Shown: positions 36,339-47,986 of the stretch, in pieces | Layout: the number at the start of each line of letters is the position of its first letter | Position numbering within the stretch: the stretch's first letter is position 1 | Origin: Blepharisma stoltei ATCC 30299 | Lineage: Eukaryota > Protista > Ciliophora | Direction of reading: 5' to 3' | Length of the DNA stretch: 64,000 bases | Assembly: GCA_965603825.1 (NCBI GenBank) | Contig: CBFDEM010000050.1 | Location: 186,001 to 250,000, forward strand | Notes under the pieces: model-generated | Databases searched by the model: none | Seen by the model: only the letters and a program-made list of their open reading frames with translations | Told to the model about the DNA's origin: nothing | Program-made: the position numbers and the translations under genes

Positions 36339-37523
36339 TTAATTCTTGGAAATGATAACATAAGGAGTTTCTTTCTTGGTCATTATAGACTTCGCAGCCA
36401 TAAACGTCGCAGAGCCTTTGGAAGGGTCCAGCTTTTCTTGCTTCATTTGGATCTTTTCTTTTTCATTAAGTTTTTTCTGTTTATTTTTACCTGGTTTTTG
36501 GTTGTGGAAAGCATAGCATTGGTTTCTGAACGCTTGCTTTTTAGTGAGAAGTCTTCCTTTATCATCTCTATAAGCCCTATCTTCCTCTTCTTCGCTAACT
36601 TTATCCTTTGATCTTCCAAAATAAAACTTTTTATTTAATTCTCCTCTTTCTCTTAATAAAGCTAAACAGCCAGCTAGTCCTCGGTCAATTTTTGGCTCTT
36701 CTTTAATTACTGGCTCAGCTGTTTTATTTTCTTCTTTTGCTTTATCATAGATTTCAGGATTGCTAGTTTGAATAGTTGATGAAGAGTTTCCTTTGATTCT
36801 TTCAGTAGGAAGAGTTATATTTGACACTGAGACTGTCCCATCCCTTGCATCTTTAAGTGTCAAATTTAAATTCCTAGGCTGGATTGGTTGAACTGAGCTT
36901 AAAAATTGCGAAGTATCTGTGTATTCTTCGCCTTCTTGAGTAATTGGGGTTTCAATACGAGTGGCATTTATTCGGTTTGCTTTATTTAGTGATTTTTGCA
37001 AACTTTTATGCAAGTCTTCGTCTTCATCTTCACCAATTATGCTCGAAAGCTTCATTTGTTTTCTTGCTTCCATATATTTTTCCTGTCTCTCTGTGCGTGA
37101 ACCTTCTAAAAAGTCCATAGCTCTTGCCCGCTTTTTAGGAGGCTTAAAGTCCTGGTATTCTTTGGCAACACTTTTTTTGACATCTAATGAAGTAGTGCCT
37201 TGAATTTTGGATTCTTCATGAGAAGGAGGCTTAAAATTCCCAGATTGGTCAAGAAAAAAGCCTTCTTCTTTAATTGAGGGGTCATCATATTTTGAAAGAA
37301 GTGTTTTAGACTCAGAATCATCATATGAATGGTTAATTCCTTTGGTATTTGCGATTTGCTTTATTTTTTGATTAGTTTTTGCCCGATTCAGAGCTTCCAG
37401 ATGAGGATTTATCAAGAGTTCTTCGTTTTCATCTGTAATGGAAGAATCAGCAAGCACCAGCTCCATTTCTTCACCTTCATCAAGATGATCTAATTTGTGC
37501 TTAACTCTAAACCCTGATGACAT
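36339..37523 (-). CDS. SART1: U4/U6.U5 tri-snRNP protein SART1/Snu66, N-terminally shortened
   Basis: VKHKLDHLDEGEEMELVLAD, LLSKYD, EEPKIDRGLAGCLALLRERG, YRDDKGRLLTKKQAFRNQCYAFHNQKPGKNK, TPYVII. Confidence 0.88.
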   Translation of the reverse strand: MSSGFRVKHKLDHLDEGEEMELVLADSSITDENEELLINPHLEALNRAKTNQKIKQIANTKGINHSYDDSESKTLLSKYDDPSIKEEGFFLDQSGNFKPPSHEESKIQGTTSLDVKKSVAKEYQDFKPPKKRARAMDFLEGSRTERQEKYMEARKQMKLSSIIGEDEDEDLHKSLQKSLNKANRINATRIETPITQEGEEYTDTSQFLSSVQPIQPRNLNLTLKDARDGTVSVSNITLPTERIKGNSSSTIQTSNPEIYDKAKEENKTAEPVIKEEPKIDRGLAGCLALLRERGELNKKFYFGRSKDKVSEEEEDRAYRDDKGRLLTKKQAFRNQCYAFHNQKPGKNKQKKLNEKEKIQMKQEKLDPSKGSATFMAAKSIMTKKETPYVIISKN

Positions 37524-37926
37524 ATTTAGATTATTGCATTAAATTTTATAATTTAAATTGAATATCTAATCCTACAAGAAATTAAGTACTATCTCCATGC
37601 TTCAAAATGTCTTGCAATTTTATGCATCATCGTCTATCAGCTTAAACTATATTTGCCTTTACTAATTTCTTTATGAAAAATAGCAAATGCCAGTTTTTGG
37701 TTTTGCTTAGACAATATCTCAAGTGTCTTGAGTCATGCCTTTTTGACCGTTATACAAATTAGCCATAAGTCATCTATCTATGGATGAGCTATGATCCTGA
37801 AATCTATAATTTAAAACTAAAACTATTCACGACTAGGATTTTATTGATAAAGATTTCTTGATATTCATTCATACAATGCAATCTCATCAAATTAAATTGG
37901 ATTGCTTCAAGTTAAAAGACTTAACT

Positions 37927-38268
37927 TTAGAGTTTATAGCCTTGCTGTTTGAGGACTTCGTCAGCTTTGATCTGATCTTCGTATGGAATGCGCATTTGAT
38001 AGTCCCCTTTAGCAATAAGAGCATTCTTTCTTGATCTAGCTATAAGGGGTTGATAGTGGCGTCTATATCCCCACATTTTAATATCTTCTCTTGCTTTTTT
38101 CTCATCTGGTCGGACTCTGTCCAAGAATGCCAAGGTACGTTGCGCGCTGCTACGATTGTACCAATAGACGCTGTAAAAGCACAAAAAGAGGAGGAAGAAG
38201 TTGTACCCTCTGGTCTTCCTAATCATCCAAGAGTGATGCTTCTTATAAAGAGTATGCCAATAAACCAT
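37927..38268 (-). CDS. Small single-TM basic protein, possibly a mitochondrial inner-membrane subunit
   Basis: 113-aa intact ORF, aromatic/basic, one hydrophobic helix (FFLLFLCFYSVYWY); function is inference only. Confidence 0.65.
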   Translation of the reverse strand: MVYWHTLYKKHHSWMIRKTRGYNFFLLFLCFYSVYWYNRSSAQRTLAFLDRVRPDEKKAREDIKMWGYRRHYQPLIARSRKNALIAKGDYQMRIPYEDQIKADEVLKQQGYKL

Positions 38269-38524
38269 TTTATTGATTATCCTTCAATTAAATATTTTCA
38301 AGATAAGATATTTAAGCGATATGTAATTAAATTTTCTTATTTTGTTATCCCTAGCAAGTGCTTACTATGATTACACTTAACTAGATTTTTGTAATTATTA
38401 GTTAAAGATCAATTGACATGATTTATTAAGTTTTTAATTAATTATTACTTAATGAACTAAGGCTATAATACCATTTGATAAATTTTATATGATATAATGC
38501 AAATTATGAATTTGGAATAATAAA

Positions 38525-38968
38525 ATGGAATCAATAGAAGAAACACTTAGACTCAGAGGGATTAGGCATGAAGAGCAAACAACTGTGAATTGGTATGATG
38601 AAAAGTGGCTTAAAGAACATATTTTAGATAACAAAACCATTATGAACTACTTTTATCTTTCTATCTTTTATGATAAAGCAGCAAATAATGAAAAATGCAT
38701 AGAAGACTTAGCAAGATTAAAGAACTTAGTCGGTCTAGAATATATATTAGACCACTCGATCCCTGAATTAGGAATTTACCATATTAAAAAGCAGTATAGA
38801 CACAATGACAGAAGAGTTACTACTCTAGCTCTCTATTATGTTGTGGCTGGGAAAATCTATGAAGCTCCATCAATTAATAAGATATTAACAACAAGAATGA
38901 GAAATTTTGCTTTCAATTTAGATGCTTCTTTAAAATATTTATCAAAATATGCAAAACAAACCGATTAA
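38525..38968 (+). CDS. MED6: Mediator subunit 6
   Basis: WYDEKWL..IMNYFYLSIFYDKAANNE, GLEY, YHIKKQYR, YYVVAGKIYEAP. Confidence 0.9.
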   Translation: MESIEETLRLRGIRHEEQTTVNWYDEKWLKEHILDNKTIMNYFYLSIFYDKAANNEKCIEDLARLKNLVGLEYILDHSIPELGIYHIKKQYRHNDRRVTTLALYYVVAGKIYEAPSINKILTTRMRNFAFNLDASLKYLSKYAKQTD

Positions 38969-40433
38969 TTTTAATATAAAAATTATTCAATGATATTGGA
39001 AATGTATATAAAATTTGTTTTGTCCTTTAATAATAATTTATATGAAAAAATAGTAAAAAATTTTTATATTAAAATAATAAAATTTACTATCTAAATATAA
39101 ATAAGTAAATGCCACAATTAAATCTTTGTGTTGTGCTTTTTTTGAGCTTATAAACTTTCTTTACTATAGATTATAATAAATTTAGATTATTTAATTAAAA
39201 TTTGCATGAAATTGAAGCAAAAAAATTGCTGTTTTAAGCTATACTTAATAAAAGGAAGCGAAACATAGTGCATCCCATCTCACTGACAAGCTATAATTAC
39301 TCTTAGAATTTATATAGCCCCTTTTTTATTGGCCTCAGTTCAAGGATATTGCTATATGTGCATGCACTTTAGGGTAGCGTTTAAATTATAATCAACTCTT
39401 GGCCAGCACAGTTTTTTCTTTTATTTTGGCAATTGAGATGACTTCTGAATTGAATTTTTAACTTTTTTACTGCTTCTTTGAGAGAATTATCCCTTTTTAT
39501 CAGCTAGGGTATCTTTTTCACTGCTATAATCAAAGGAGCTGAGGAAAATGTATCGCTGCTTGTGATGGGAATTAATAAGCATGGAAAAGCATTTCTAGTA
39601 TTGATTGTTGGGAGATCACAATTCTTGGAGAAGGTCGAAACTTTGTTGGGGGCTTTTAATACTAAAATTATATAGGGCACAATTTTGATTGAGCTTGAGC
39701 TATAGTCCTACAATTTCAGTAGCGTTATAATCGCTATCACAATTCTCCATTAATCAGTTCCATTCCTTAATGCAGCATTTACAATTGGCCATCATTTTCC
39801 ATCTTTTAATAGACACTTATGACGCTTTATTTAGAAGCTAAAACTTGAAACTAATGGCAAGTATTTTTTAACTACTGACTTCCTATATCAATTAATAAAA
39901 TTTATTGTTGCATATTTATATTTTAAATAATTAGTTTAACAATACTATGGAAAAATTATGCTTGAACTAATGCAGAAAAAAATTTAATGGCATTTTAACA
40001 AAGCAAAAATAATAAATGCTTAGCAAATATTTTAATCGGTCCTTTTATACTGAAAAAGGATACCTCTTCAAATACAAATTTTAGATATTGCCATCGAAAT
40101 TATTAAATTGAATTATTTTTATTTTTTTAAGAGGATCACTGTAATATAATAAAAAGATCATTGACTATGAATTTTATAACAATATCGTAAAAATAGTACC
40201 ATTAATTTCCAAATTATTTGCTTATAACCGAAGGCCTCTTTAGAATTCAGTGTTCTCGAGCATCGCATATACTAATAACTAAACAATATTCTATTTTTAT
40301 AATATCTAATGCTAACTTATGCTAATTCGCAAAATTATTATTTAGTATAGCCCATCACTAATGCTTTAAATAACTGTGTTTATATTTCAAAGATCATCTT
40401 TAATTTTTCTAAAATTTAAAAAAGATTGTTAGG

Positions 40434-41165
40434 TTAGAGCATTCTTAAAACCAAATTGTTAATCTTCTTTTCTCTGTTTCCCCAATCTCCTCCTTGAATA
40501 TAAGAAGTCCTCTTGTGGCTGAATCCTCCTTTTGGTGATGAAAGTTTGTATCTCCATAAGAGGCTATTGACTTCTTTGAAGTGTGGTCCACAGGTAGCTA
40601 ACTCAGTCACGACATCTTCAGCACAAACAATTTTGAATTTTCCTAATTCTTTTTCAATCTGAGCATTGTCATAGAGAGGGATTCTGCTTTTATTGATCTT
40701 CAAGTATCCTCTCTTATAAACAAGCTTCTGGATGGTTTCCCTTGATGGGTAGCCATAGGTAATCCAAGGTTCCACAAGCTTGAGCATGTTTTTGGTGGCT
40801 TTGTTGTTCTTAATCAAAACTGCACTGTGGAGTTGAATAAGTCTAAACAGCTTAAGAATTGATCTGACCTTAGGAGGGCATCTGTTGATACCTTTGATTC
40901 TGATTGCAAGAATCACTTTTGGCTCAGGTTCGACCCAGAAATCTCTGCTTTCGCTGGCTGTTTGTTGGTTATCTTGGTTAAGGACCTGAGATGCAACATA
41001 ATCTTTAAGGTGCTTTTCAGATCTTTCAAGAGCTTCTTGAGTTGCTGCTGCACGATATTGCTCAGCTTGAGCCTTGGCTTCAGATTTTGCAGCTTCATTA
41101 GCAGCAATTCTGCTTCTGAGCTTCTGAAGTGCTTCAGGGACCTTCTTAGCCTCTTTCTTAACCAT
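40434..41165 (-). CDS. RPL7: 60S ribosomal protein L7 (uL30)
   Basis: VPE, IRIKGINRCPPKVRSILKLFRL, VEPWITYGYP, GGDWGNREKKIN. Confidence 0.97.
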   Translation of the reverse strand: MVKKEAKKVPEALQKLRSRIAANEAAKSEAKAQAEQYRAAATQEALERSEKHLKDYVASQVLNQDNQQTASESRDFWVEPEPKVILAIRIKGINRCPPKVRSILKLFRLIQLHSAVLIKNNKATKNMLKLVEPWITYGYPSRETIQKLVYKRGYLKINKSRIPLYDNAQIEKELGKFKIVCAEDVVTELATCGPHFKEVNSLLWRYKLSSPKGGFSHKRTSYIQGGDWGNREKKINNLVLRML

Positions 41166-41182
41166 AAATATGGATTATTACA

Positions 41183-41695
41183 ATGGATAGGTCAAAGTCA
41201 TATAAACTTAAAGCAATTTTTACCAATCCGTGGCAGATAACATGGCCTGAGATAGGTGGAGAGCAAACTATGCAGCTGATGAACGCACTTTGAAAAGAAT
41301 TCCAAGAAAACGCAATGCCAGAAATAAGAGTGGAGGTGAAAAGGCAAAAGATTGAAAATGCGAATATGATAAATTATAGTAAAAACCAATTGATTTTAGG
41401 GATCAATAAAATTGTGGAAAATATTGATAAGGTTGACTGTGTGATAATGATGAGGAGTGATGCAAATGAGTCTATTCTTGAGCCATTGCTAATTTTGTGC
41501 AAGAATAAAGGAGTAAAAGCAATTTCAGCCAGCTATGAGCTAGGTATAGAAAAACTAAGAGACATTGCAGGCGTTAAAAGACTAGCAGCTTTTGCACTGC
41601 CTAAAATCCATTGCTTTAAGCTAACCAGACTTTTGATTGACCAATTTCAGCCGAAGCCAGCACAAAGTAACCATTTAAAACCAAAATCCAAATAA
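41183..41695 (+). CDS. RPP38: L7Ae-family RNase P/MRP subunit (RPP38/Pop3-like), 170 aa; TGA(Trp) at 41291
   Basis: Extending the track ORF through the TGA adds KAIFTNPWQITWPEI, resembling the RPP38 NP-aromatic-x3-W N-terminal motif; L7Ae core LILGINKI. Confidence 0.68.
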
Positions 41696-41794
41696 TTATA
41701 AATTGAATAAATTAATATTTAAATAAATATATCTATATGAATGATTTCTTTTTTAAGAATTATTTGATTTTATGGCTAATCATTATAATTATTC

Positions 41795-44386
41795 ATGGAA
41801 CCTCACGAAGCACAAGACGATTTAGAAAGCGCAGATAGGCGCATGCGAATTGCTGAAAAAGAAATAGAGCAACTTGGGATTACGCAAGGAGAGTTCGATA
41901 GCCTTGAAAACGACTTCCAAACTGTCTTGCAAGACATCGCAGGAGACAAAACTTTGGAACGGTTTCGATTAGAATACGAGAAACTCCACAAGGCTCTAAA
42001 AACTTCTCATGAAACAGAGAAAAAACTCATAAAAAGATGCAAAGAGCTTAACAGCGAAATTTCAGCCCATGCTGTTAAAGTTCAAATTGCCCTCAAGCTA
42101 AGTCAAGAAGACAACAACGCAATGGATCAAGTCAAACAAGACGTTGAAAGAACATGGAAACTTGTAGACCAAACGCGAGAAAGAGAAGAAACGCTCAAGT
42201 CTCGCCTCTCTGATTTACGATTTGAACTTGCTGAATTAACTCGCAGAATTGACGCTGATGAAACAGCCCCAGTTGAGCAGCAAGCTTTGCTTGAAGATTT
42301 AAAAAAACAAAAAGATGAAGCCTTAGAAGTAAACAGCTTGAGAATCCAAACTTTGAAAGATTTAAGAAATTTAAATGCAGAATGCTTAAAGAAGAAGACA
42401 GATCTTGAAGATTGTAAAAGGAACTTTTTGAATGACATTAATGAGGTAAAAGAAGGTATTGATAAAGCAAACACAGATGCGGAAACTGAAGAAAAAAGGA
42501 AAAGAGACATGGAAAAAAACCTTGAAGGGACAAAAAAAACTTATGAGCAAATCCAAGATGAAGTGAAAAACAAGGAGGAACAAAAGGTGCAGATTAATAG
42601 AGAAATTGATAATTTAAGGGCGAATATACAGGATTTGAAAGATGAAAAACAAAAAATACAAGATAAAATAAAAACAGCAGAAAACTATAATGACAAGCTA
42701 ACAGAAGGACTTAGGAATACAGAAGAAACCAACCAAAATTTGATAGGCGAGGCTCAAGCAAAAGAGACTGAAATAAAAAGAATCCAAGAAGAATTAAATA
42801 GAAAGCAGGCTGACAACCAAAGAGCACACAAAGAAATAATCGTGATGCAGAAGAAGATAAAAACAGTTACCCAAGAAAAAACTGAAGTGGAATATCAAAA
42901 AGATTTCGCAAAAAATAAACTCCAAGATCTAACAAATAGGAATACAGAACTTAGAAGAGAAAATGACGTGGATAAAAAAGCTATTGAAGCAATGATGAGA
43001 GAAATCAACAAAATGAATAAAGACTGCATTGACATGGAAGGTCTTGCAAGGCTTCAGTCTGATGAAATTATTATGAAAAATAATGAGTTCAGGAAAATCA
43101 GCAACGAAGTAAAAGCAAGCAAAAAAGAAATTGCAAAACTCAAAGCTTTGATTTACCAGCTTAAAAGAGATGAAGATAAATACTCTTTAGAAGCTTCAAA
43201 TGCTTATTCAAAGTACATTCAGACCTTAGAGCAAGTAAAATATAAGAATTCCATGATATCGCAGCTCCAAAGGGATAATCTTGATGCTGAAGCTAAGCTA
43301 AAACAGCAACAAAATTTATATGAAGCTGTAAGAAGTGATAGAAATATTTATTCAAAAACTCTTTTGGAGTCCAATGAAGAAATTGATGAGCTCAGAAGAA
43401 AATATAAAATTTTGCAGCACCAAATAACAAAACTGAGAGAAGAAATTTCTTCAAAAAATAATCTCATTAGAGAGCAGCGTCAAAGCCACAGTAACCTAGA
43501 AGAGGAAAACAAAACAAATGAGCAAAAGCAGAAAAGGCTTGAAGAAAAGAAAAAGGAAAAAGAAGGGTACATAAGAAATTATGAAAACCAAATCTCAAAA
43601 CTTAAATATTATATTGCTGAAGCTGAGCAAGAAAAAATGAAGCAAAAAAAGGAGTATGAAATGGTTATTAATGATAGAGACATTTTAGGTACCCAGCTTA
43701 TCAAGAGAAATGAAGAGTTAGCAAGCTTATATGAAAAAATCAAAATTCAGCAGTCAACACTAGCTAAAGGTGAGGTTCAATATCAAGAAAGAGTGATTGA
43801 AGCAACTTTACTTAAAAATCAAATTGCAGGGCTTAAGCGTGAATATTTAATTGCGAAAAACCAGGTCTCAAGCACCTCAGAACTGAAAAAAGAAGTATAT
43901 CGTCTTCAAAAAGACTTAATGATTGTTAGGACAAAAATTAAAGCCCTTTCTGAAGAGCTCCAAAATCCTATGAATGTTCATAGATATCGTAAGCTTGAAG
44001 GAACTAACCCTGAAACATATGAGATGATAACGAAAATTCAAACTCTTCAGAGGAGGCTAATTGCAAAAACTGAAGAAGTCGCGGAAAAAGACTTCTTGAT
44101 ACAAGAAAAAGAAAAACTTTATATAGAACTGAAAAATATTTTAGCTCGACAGCCAAAGCCTGCAGTTGCAGAGCAGCTTGGAGTTTATCAAGAAAATCTG
44201 AAGGAAAAGACAAAGCAGATGAAAAATATGATCAATGAGCTCAATAATGCCCATGCACAAGTTAATAGACATAGATTTGAAATAGAGAGACTAAATAGAG
44301 ATATAGCTGCTATGAAGGAGGTATGGTTTGACCAGAGGAGAAAGGAAAAGAAACTGAAAACCATTGAAGAAGAAGCAGAAAATTAA
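41795..44386 (+). CDS. CFAP58: Cilia- and flagella-associated protein 58
   Basis: LERFRLEYEKLHKALK, LKQQQNLYEAVRSDRN, DRDILGTQLIKRNEEL, NPMNVHRYRKLEG. Confidence 0.95.
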   Translation: MEPHEAQDDLESADRRMRIAEKEIEQLGITQGEFDSLENDFQTVLQDIAGDKTLERFRLEYEKLHKALKTSHETEKKLIKRCKELNSEISAHAVKVQIALKLSQEDNNAMDQVKQDVERTWKLVDQTREREETLKSRLSDLRFELAELTRRIDADETAPVEQQALLEDLKKQKDEALEVNSLRIQTLKDLRNLNAECLKKKTDLEDCKRNFLNDINEVKEGIDKANTDAETEEKRKRDMEKNLEGTKKTYEQIQDEVKNKEEQKVQINREIDNLRANIQDLKDEKQKIQDKIKTAENYNDKLTEGLRNTEETNQNLIGEAQAKETEIKRIQEELNRKQADNQRAHKEIIVMQKKIKTVTQEKTEVEYQKDFAKNKLQDLTNRNTELRRENDVDKKAIEAMMREINKMNKDCIDMEGLARLQSDEIIMKNNEFRKISNEVKASKKEIAKLKALIYQLKRDEDKYSLEASNAYSKYIQTLEQVKYKNSMISQLQRDNLDAEAKLKQQQNLYEAVRSDRNIYSKTLLESNEEIDELRRKYKILQHQITKLREEISSKNNLIREQRQSHSNLEEENKTNEQKQKRLEEKKKEKEGYIRNYENQISKLKYYIAEAEQEKMKQKKEYEMVINDRDILGTQLIKRNEELASLYEKIKIQQSTLAKGEVQYQERVIEATLLKNQIAGLKREYLIAKNQVSSTSELKKEVYRLQKDLMIVRTKIKALSEELQNPMNVHRYRKLEGTNPETYEMITKIQTLQRRLIAKTEEVAEKDFLIQEKEKLYIELKNILARQPKPAVAEQLGVYQENLKEKTKQMKNMINELNNAHAQVNRHRFEIERLNRDIAAMKEVWFDQRRKEKKLKTIEEEAEN

Positions 44387-45024
44387 TAATTTTAAATATG
44401 ATTTTATAAATGTTGATTCATAAATGTTTTGTTACTAAATTTATAATTGACTTTTTTTTTTCAAAAAATTTGTTTCTACAATTATGGATTTAAACTACTG
44501 AATTCACTTAGCTTGATAGTTTTGTTTTATTCTTTTTCAAAAGAGTCACTGCACAAAGAAGTTTTTTTGCCTAATGATCTATAGCATACCTAAAGCATAG
44601 GACTTCCTTTAAATTTCAAGCAGATTCTTAAGCATCAATTTGAATAAGTTATTTAAAATGTATACATAATTTTATTAGCAAATCAAAAAGGCCACTGCGC
44701 CAAGAGAGTATTTTTAACCTTAAGGCATATTGTTTAAACCTTATGGCATGAAATCCCATTTACTGGTTCTGCGTGATTGAAGTATCTCTTTAGCTTAGAG
44801 CCAACATTTATAGCTTTTATTTTTCAAATATAGCTATTTTTTTTGAAACTTTGTTTATGGGACATTAAAATAGAAAGAGATTGATCATTTTTAAGATTAG
44901 CTCTTTTGTGGAATAAATGCTTTCCGTAAAAAATAGAATTATTTGTTTATAATCGATTCGTTTAAGGTTCTAATTATACATATTTAAAAGCAATGACAAG
45001 CTTAACAAAATAAAATTAACATAA

Positions 45025-46887
45025 TTATTCAATTTGAGTCTTACTTGGATTTCTAGGTGGCTTCCTATATATAACTGCTGAGCCCCCTTGCCCTTTTCTA
45101 TGTATTTTTCCAAATTTATTGCAAAGCAATGCATTATATGGCCTTTCTCTTTCAAAGAAATTTTTATAATTTATCGATATTTCTGAAGGGAAAATTCTCT
45201 CGAAACCCCCTCTTCTTTTATACTCATAATTTGTTTCCTTTATAATCCCTTTTTCTTCTCGGCTATCAATATCTTTTAAGCTTTCACTTGAGTATGGCTT
45301 ATTATCAAAATTCCAGCCTGCTTTTTTATTCTTTTTCTTATTTGACAATGTCATAAATTGTTCCATATAAGCAGCATAGTTTAAAGCTTTATTTTCGTTT
45401 GCTTTGTCCCCACCATTTCTTTGATCTGTTGGTACTACTCCAGCTAAAGTAAATAAATCAGCAATTAATTCGCCTTTGATTTTTTGATCTATAGGTGCAT
45501 CACAGTTAAGTGAAGGTGATAAATTTACTTCTAAAAGCCAAGGATTTAAATTATCATCAATTAATATGTCAAATCCTAGGAGCTCTATACAATTATTTCT
45601 GTATGGGAGATGCATTTCGCAGGCTGAAAATACAATTCCTTCTATTGAAAGAATTGTTTTGATTGCAATATCTTTTATTTTTTCCCAGATTTTGGTATCA
45701 TCAATGCCTTCTTGTTTGAAAAGCTTTCTCAAGGCTGTGTGGCTTCATTTGCTGCCTTTTCCATCTTCTAAAGCATTAGTATTTTCTACAAAATTCGTAG
45801 AAAATTTGTTGACTGAGTAGTTTGTCAAATACATAAACCTGCTTCCTTTGCCAGTCCCTTGATATTTTTGTGTAGCAAACCGAACCAAGCCATCTTTGTA
45901 TATATAAATTCTTAAAGGATTGAAGCATGTGATAGCAATATAAACCCTCAAGTCAAATTTCAACCCTTGAATTAATAAAGGGTTATCAATATATTGTGAT
46001 ATCACATGTCCTGATTTTGGGATTTCACTGAATTTTGTAGCTAAAAATATTCCTTTTCCTTGACTGCTGGCGCTTGGCTTTACAATCCAGACTGTATCTT
46101 CATTTGCCATTTCAAATTCAAGCTGTCCTGCATCTTGAGGTACAATAAACGTTTTGGGTACAAAATCATAAGCTTTTGTCCCATAAAGAACTTGCATTTT
46201 TGCTAAATTTTTATACATCAAGTCTTTTCTCGTGATTTCATAACTTCTTGGGAAGTGATTTACTTTTTGATATTTCGATAGTGCTTGATAAACATTCATT
46301 TTAATCGGCCCTCCATGCCACATAATAGTTCAATTATTTTTATTCGGTGGAGCTTCTATAAATCCATTATCTTCCAACGTATACCTAATAAGTTTGACAT
46401 CTGAATGCATCATTCTGAAAAAATAATTCGTTTCGAGGTTCAATTTTGGCTGGATATTCATAGGATCAATATAAGGCCTAAACACCAAAAATCTTTTCCC
46501 TTTAATTCAAGTAGCCACACCTGTTTCATTTTTGATATCATTTTCCTCTCTTTTAGTAAAATGCCTCATTCATAATATAGGAGCTCCAGTTTTCCCAGTT
46601 GTGACTGTTTTTTTGAATTCTTCGTCTTCAACTTTATAAAATTCATTGATATTTTGGATGACGGAGTCAGGGAGCTCTTCTTCCTCTTCATCAAGTTTCA
46701 CATCAATTGATTTTTCAGTTTTTACTTGCACCTGGGATTTTTGTGGAGGTAATGAATGAGACTGACGGCTTCGAATATTGTTTGGGGAAGGTTTGGAGTT
46801 TCGAATTCGAAATCGAGCTTGAGTGGATGAGACTGGGGTTGTTTTTGGATTTAAAATACTTATGATGTTGTCTAACTCTGGGTCCAT
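45025..46887 (-). CDS. Tubulin polyglutamylase (TTLL4/5-like), 620 aa; TGA(Trp) at 46570, 46507, 46330, 45745
   Basis: KVNHFPRSYEITRKD, WIVKPSASSQGKGI, KFDLRVY, GLVRFAT, LTNYSVNK, GSK-W(TGA)-S, ELLGFDILID, PWLLEVNLSPSL. Confidence 0.94.
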
Positions 46888-46997
46888 TTATTATGATTGT
46901 TAAAAAAAGTTATAGAAAGATTTTAAAAAATTTATAAGTCATGGTTTGAGATTTTGAATAGAGGATTTTGGTAAGATGAGATATGTGAAAAAAAGTT

Positions 46998-47426
46998 TTA
47001 AATTTTTAATTTTTGGAATAGCTTTTGAAGTTCTTCCGTGACTGGACTTGTATCAGTTTTTTGAGGTTTTTCTTCTTGGATTTCTTCCTGGAACTCTTTT
47101 AATGCAAAAGAGTACCCATCAGGTGATTTTAAATATACAACTTTTCCGCTTTCAGAATTTACAGGCTCGCCATCCTTTATTGCCCCGTATTTGATTGCAT
47201 TGGCAAGTGTTTCGTCAAAATTTCTTTTTTCAAATAGAAGTACTGGATTAAATCCTGAGTTGCAGTAGGCTATTGAATCTGTGTGTCTAAGCATGATCAT
47301 ATTTCCTTTTTCATCATGAAATTCTGCAAATACTTCAGAAAGATGCTGACATTTCAGCCCAAGGGCATCTGTATAGAATCCAGTGCTTCTCATTATGTTA
47401 GTTGTAAAGATAATCACTCCTTTCAT
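46998..47426 (-). CDS. Glyoxalase/VOC-fold protein
   Basis: N-terminal VIIFTTNIMRSTGFYTDALGL and C-terminal VYLKSPDGY, typical VOC motifs. Confidence 0.72.
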   Translation of the reverse strand: MKGVIIFTTNIMRSTGFYTDALGLKCQHLSEVFAEFHDEKGNMIMLRHTDSIAYCNSGFNPVLLFEKRNFDETLANAIKYGAIKDGEPVNSESGKVVYLKSPDGYSFALKEFQEEIQEEKPQKTDTSPVTEELQKLFQKLKI

Positions 47427-47986
47427 TTATTTTAACTAAGCTTTAATAAATAAAATTAATATAAGTGTTTTTAGCAGAGAGCAATGAATTACAGTCTTAC
47501 TCAGAAATATTTTTATTACAACAAGCTGATTCAAATTCTTTTTTATTATTCACCATTAAAAGCAGAGAAATTTTGATTGATTATAAAAAGAAGCTAAAAT
47601 TATTATTTATATTATAGTTTATCAGAAAAATTAAACTATTTATTTCCTAAAAAGATAAAATGATAGCAATTTAATTTTCATTTAAATTAATTATGATATA
47701 AAAATGGAAATTTGTTGTTAAAATGCGCCATCTTCTTATTTATATTTTTTAATTTTCTATATTTTTACGTTATCCCAAGCATATCTATTATGCTCTTTTC
47801 TATCTATTTCGAACTGCATTCTATCAGGCCTAATTTTTCCCAATTTCCGATTCCCAAAAAGGTTTTAGCCATTAAACTTCCATTTAATTCTGATTTTATC
47901 GTTTATTTTCTATTAATTAATAACTAATAATGGTCATAAGATTTCTCCATTAAAAACTATTTCATCTAAAATTTTTATTGTATTGA

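Noticed and set aside
47700-47960. Coding-like stretch (track ORF 47712-47927 and minus-strand fragments)
   Set aside because: No ATG-initiated frame of useful length; the only intron-like 15-mer (GTTATTAATTAATAG) lacks GTA and the -6 A. Possibly a relic but unsupported.
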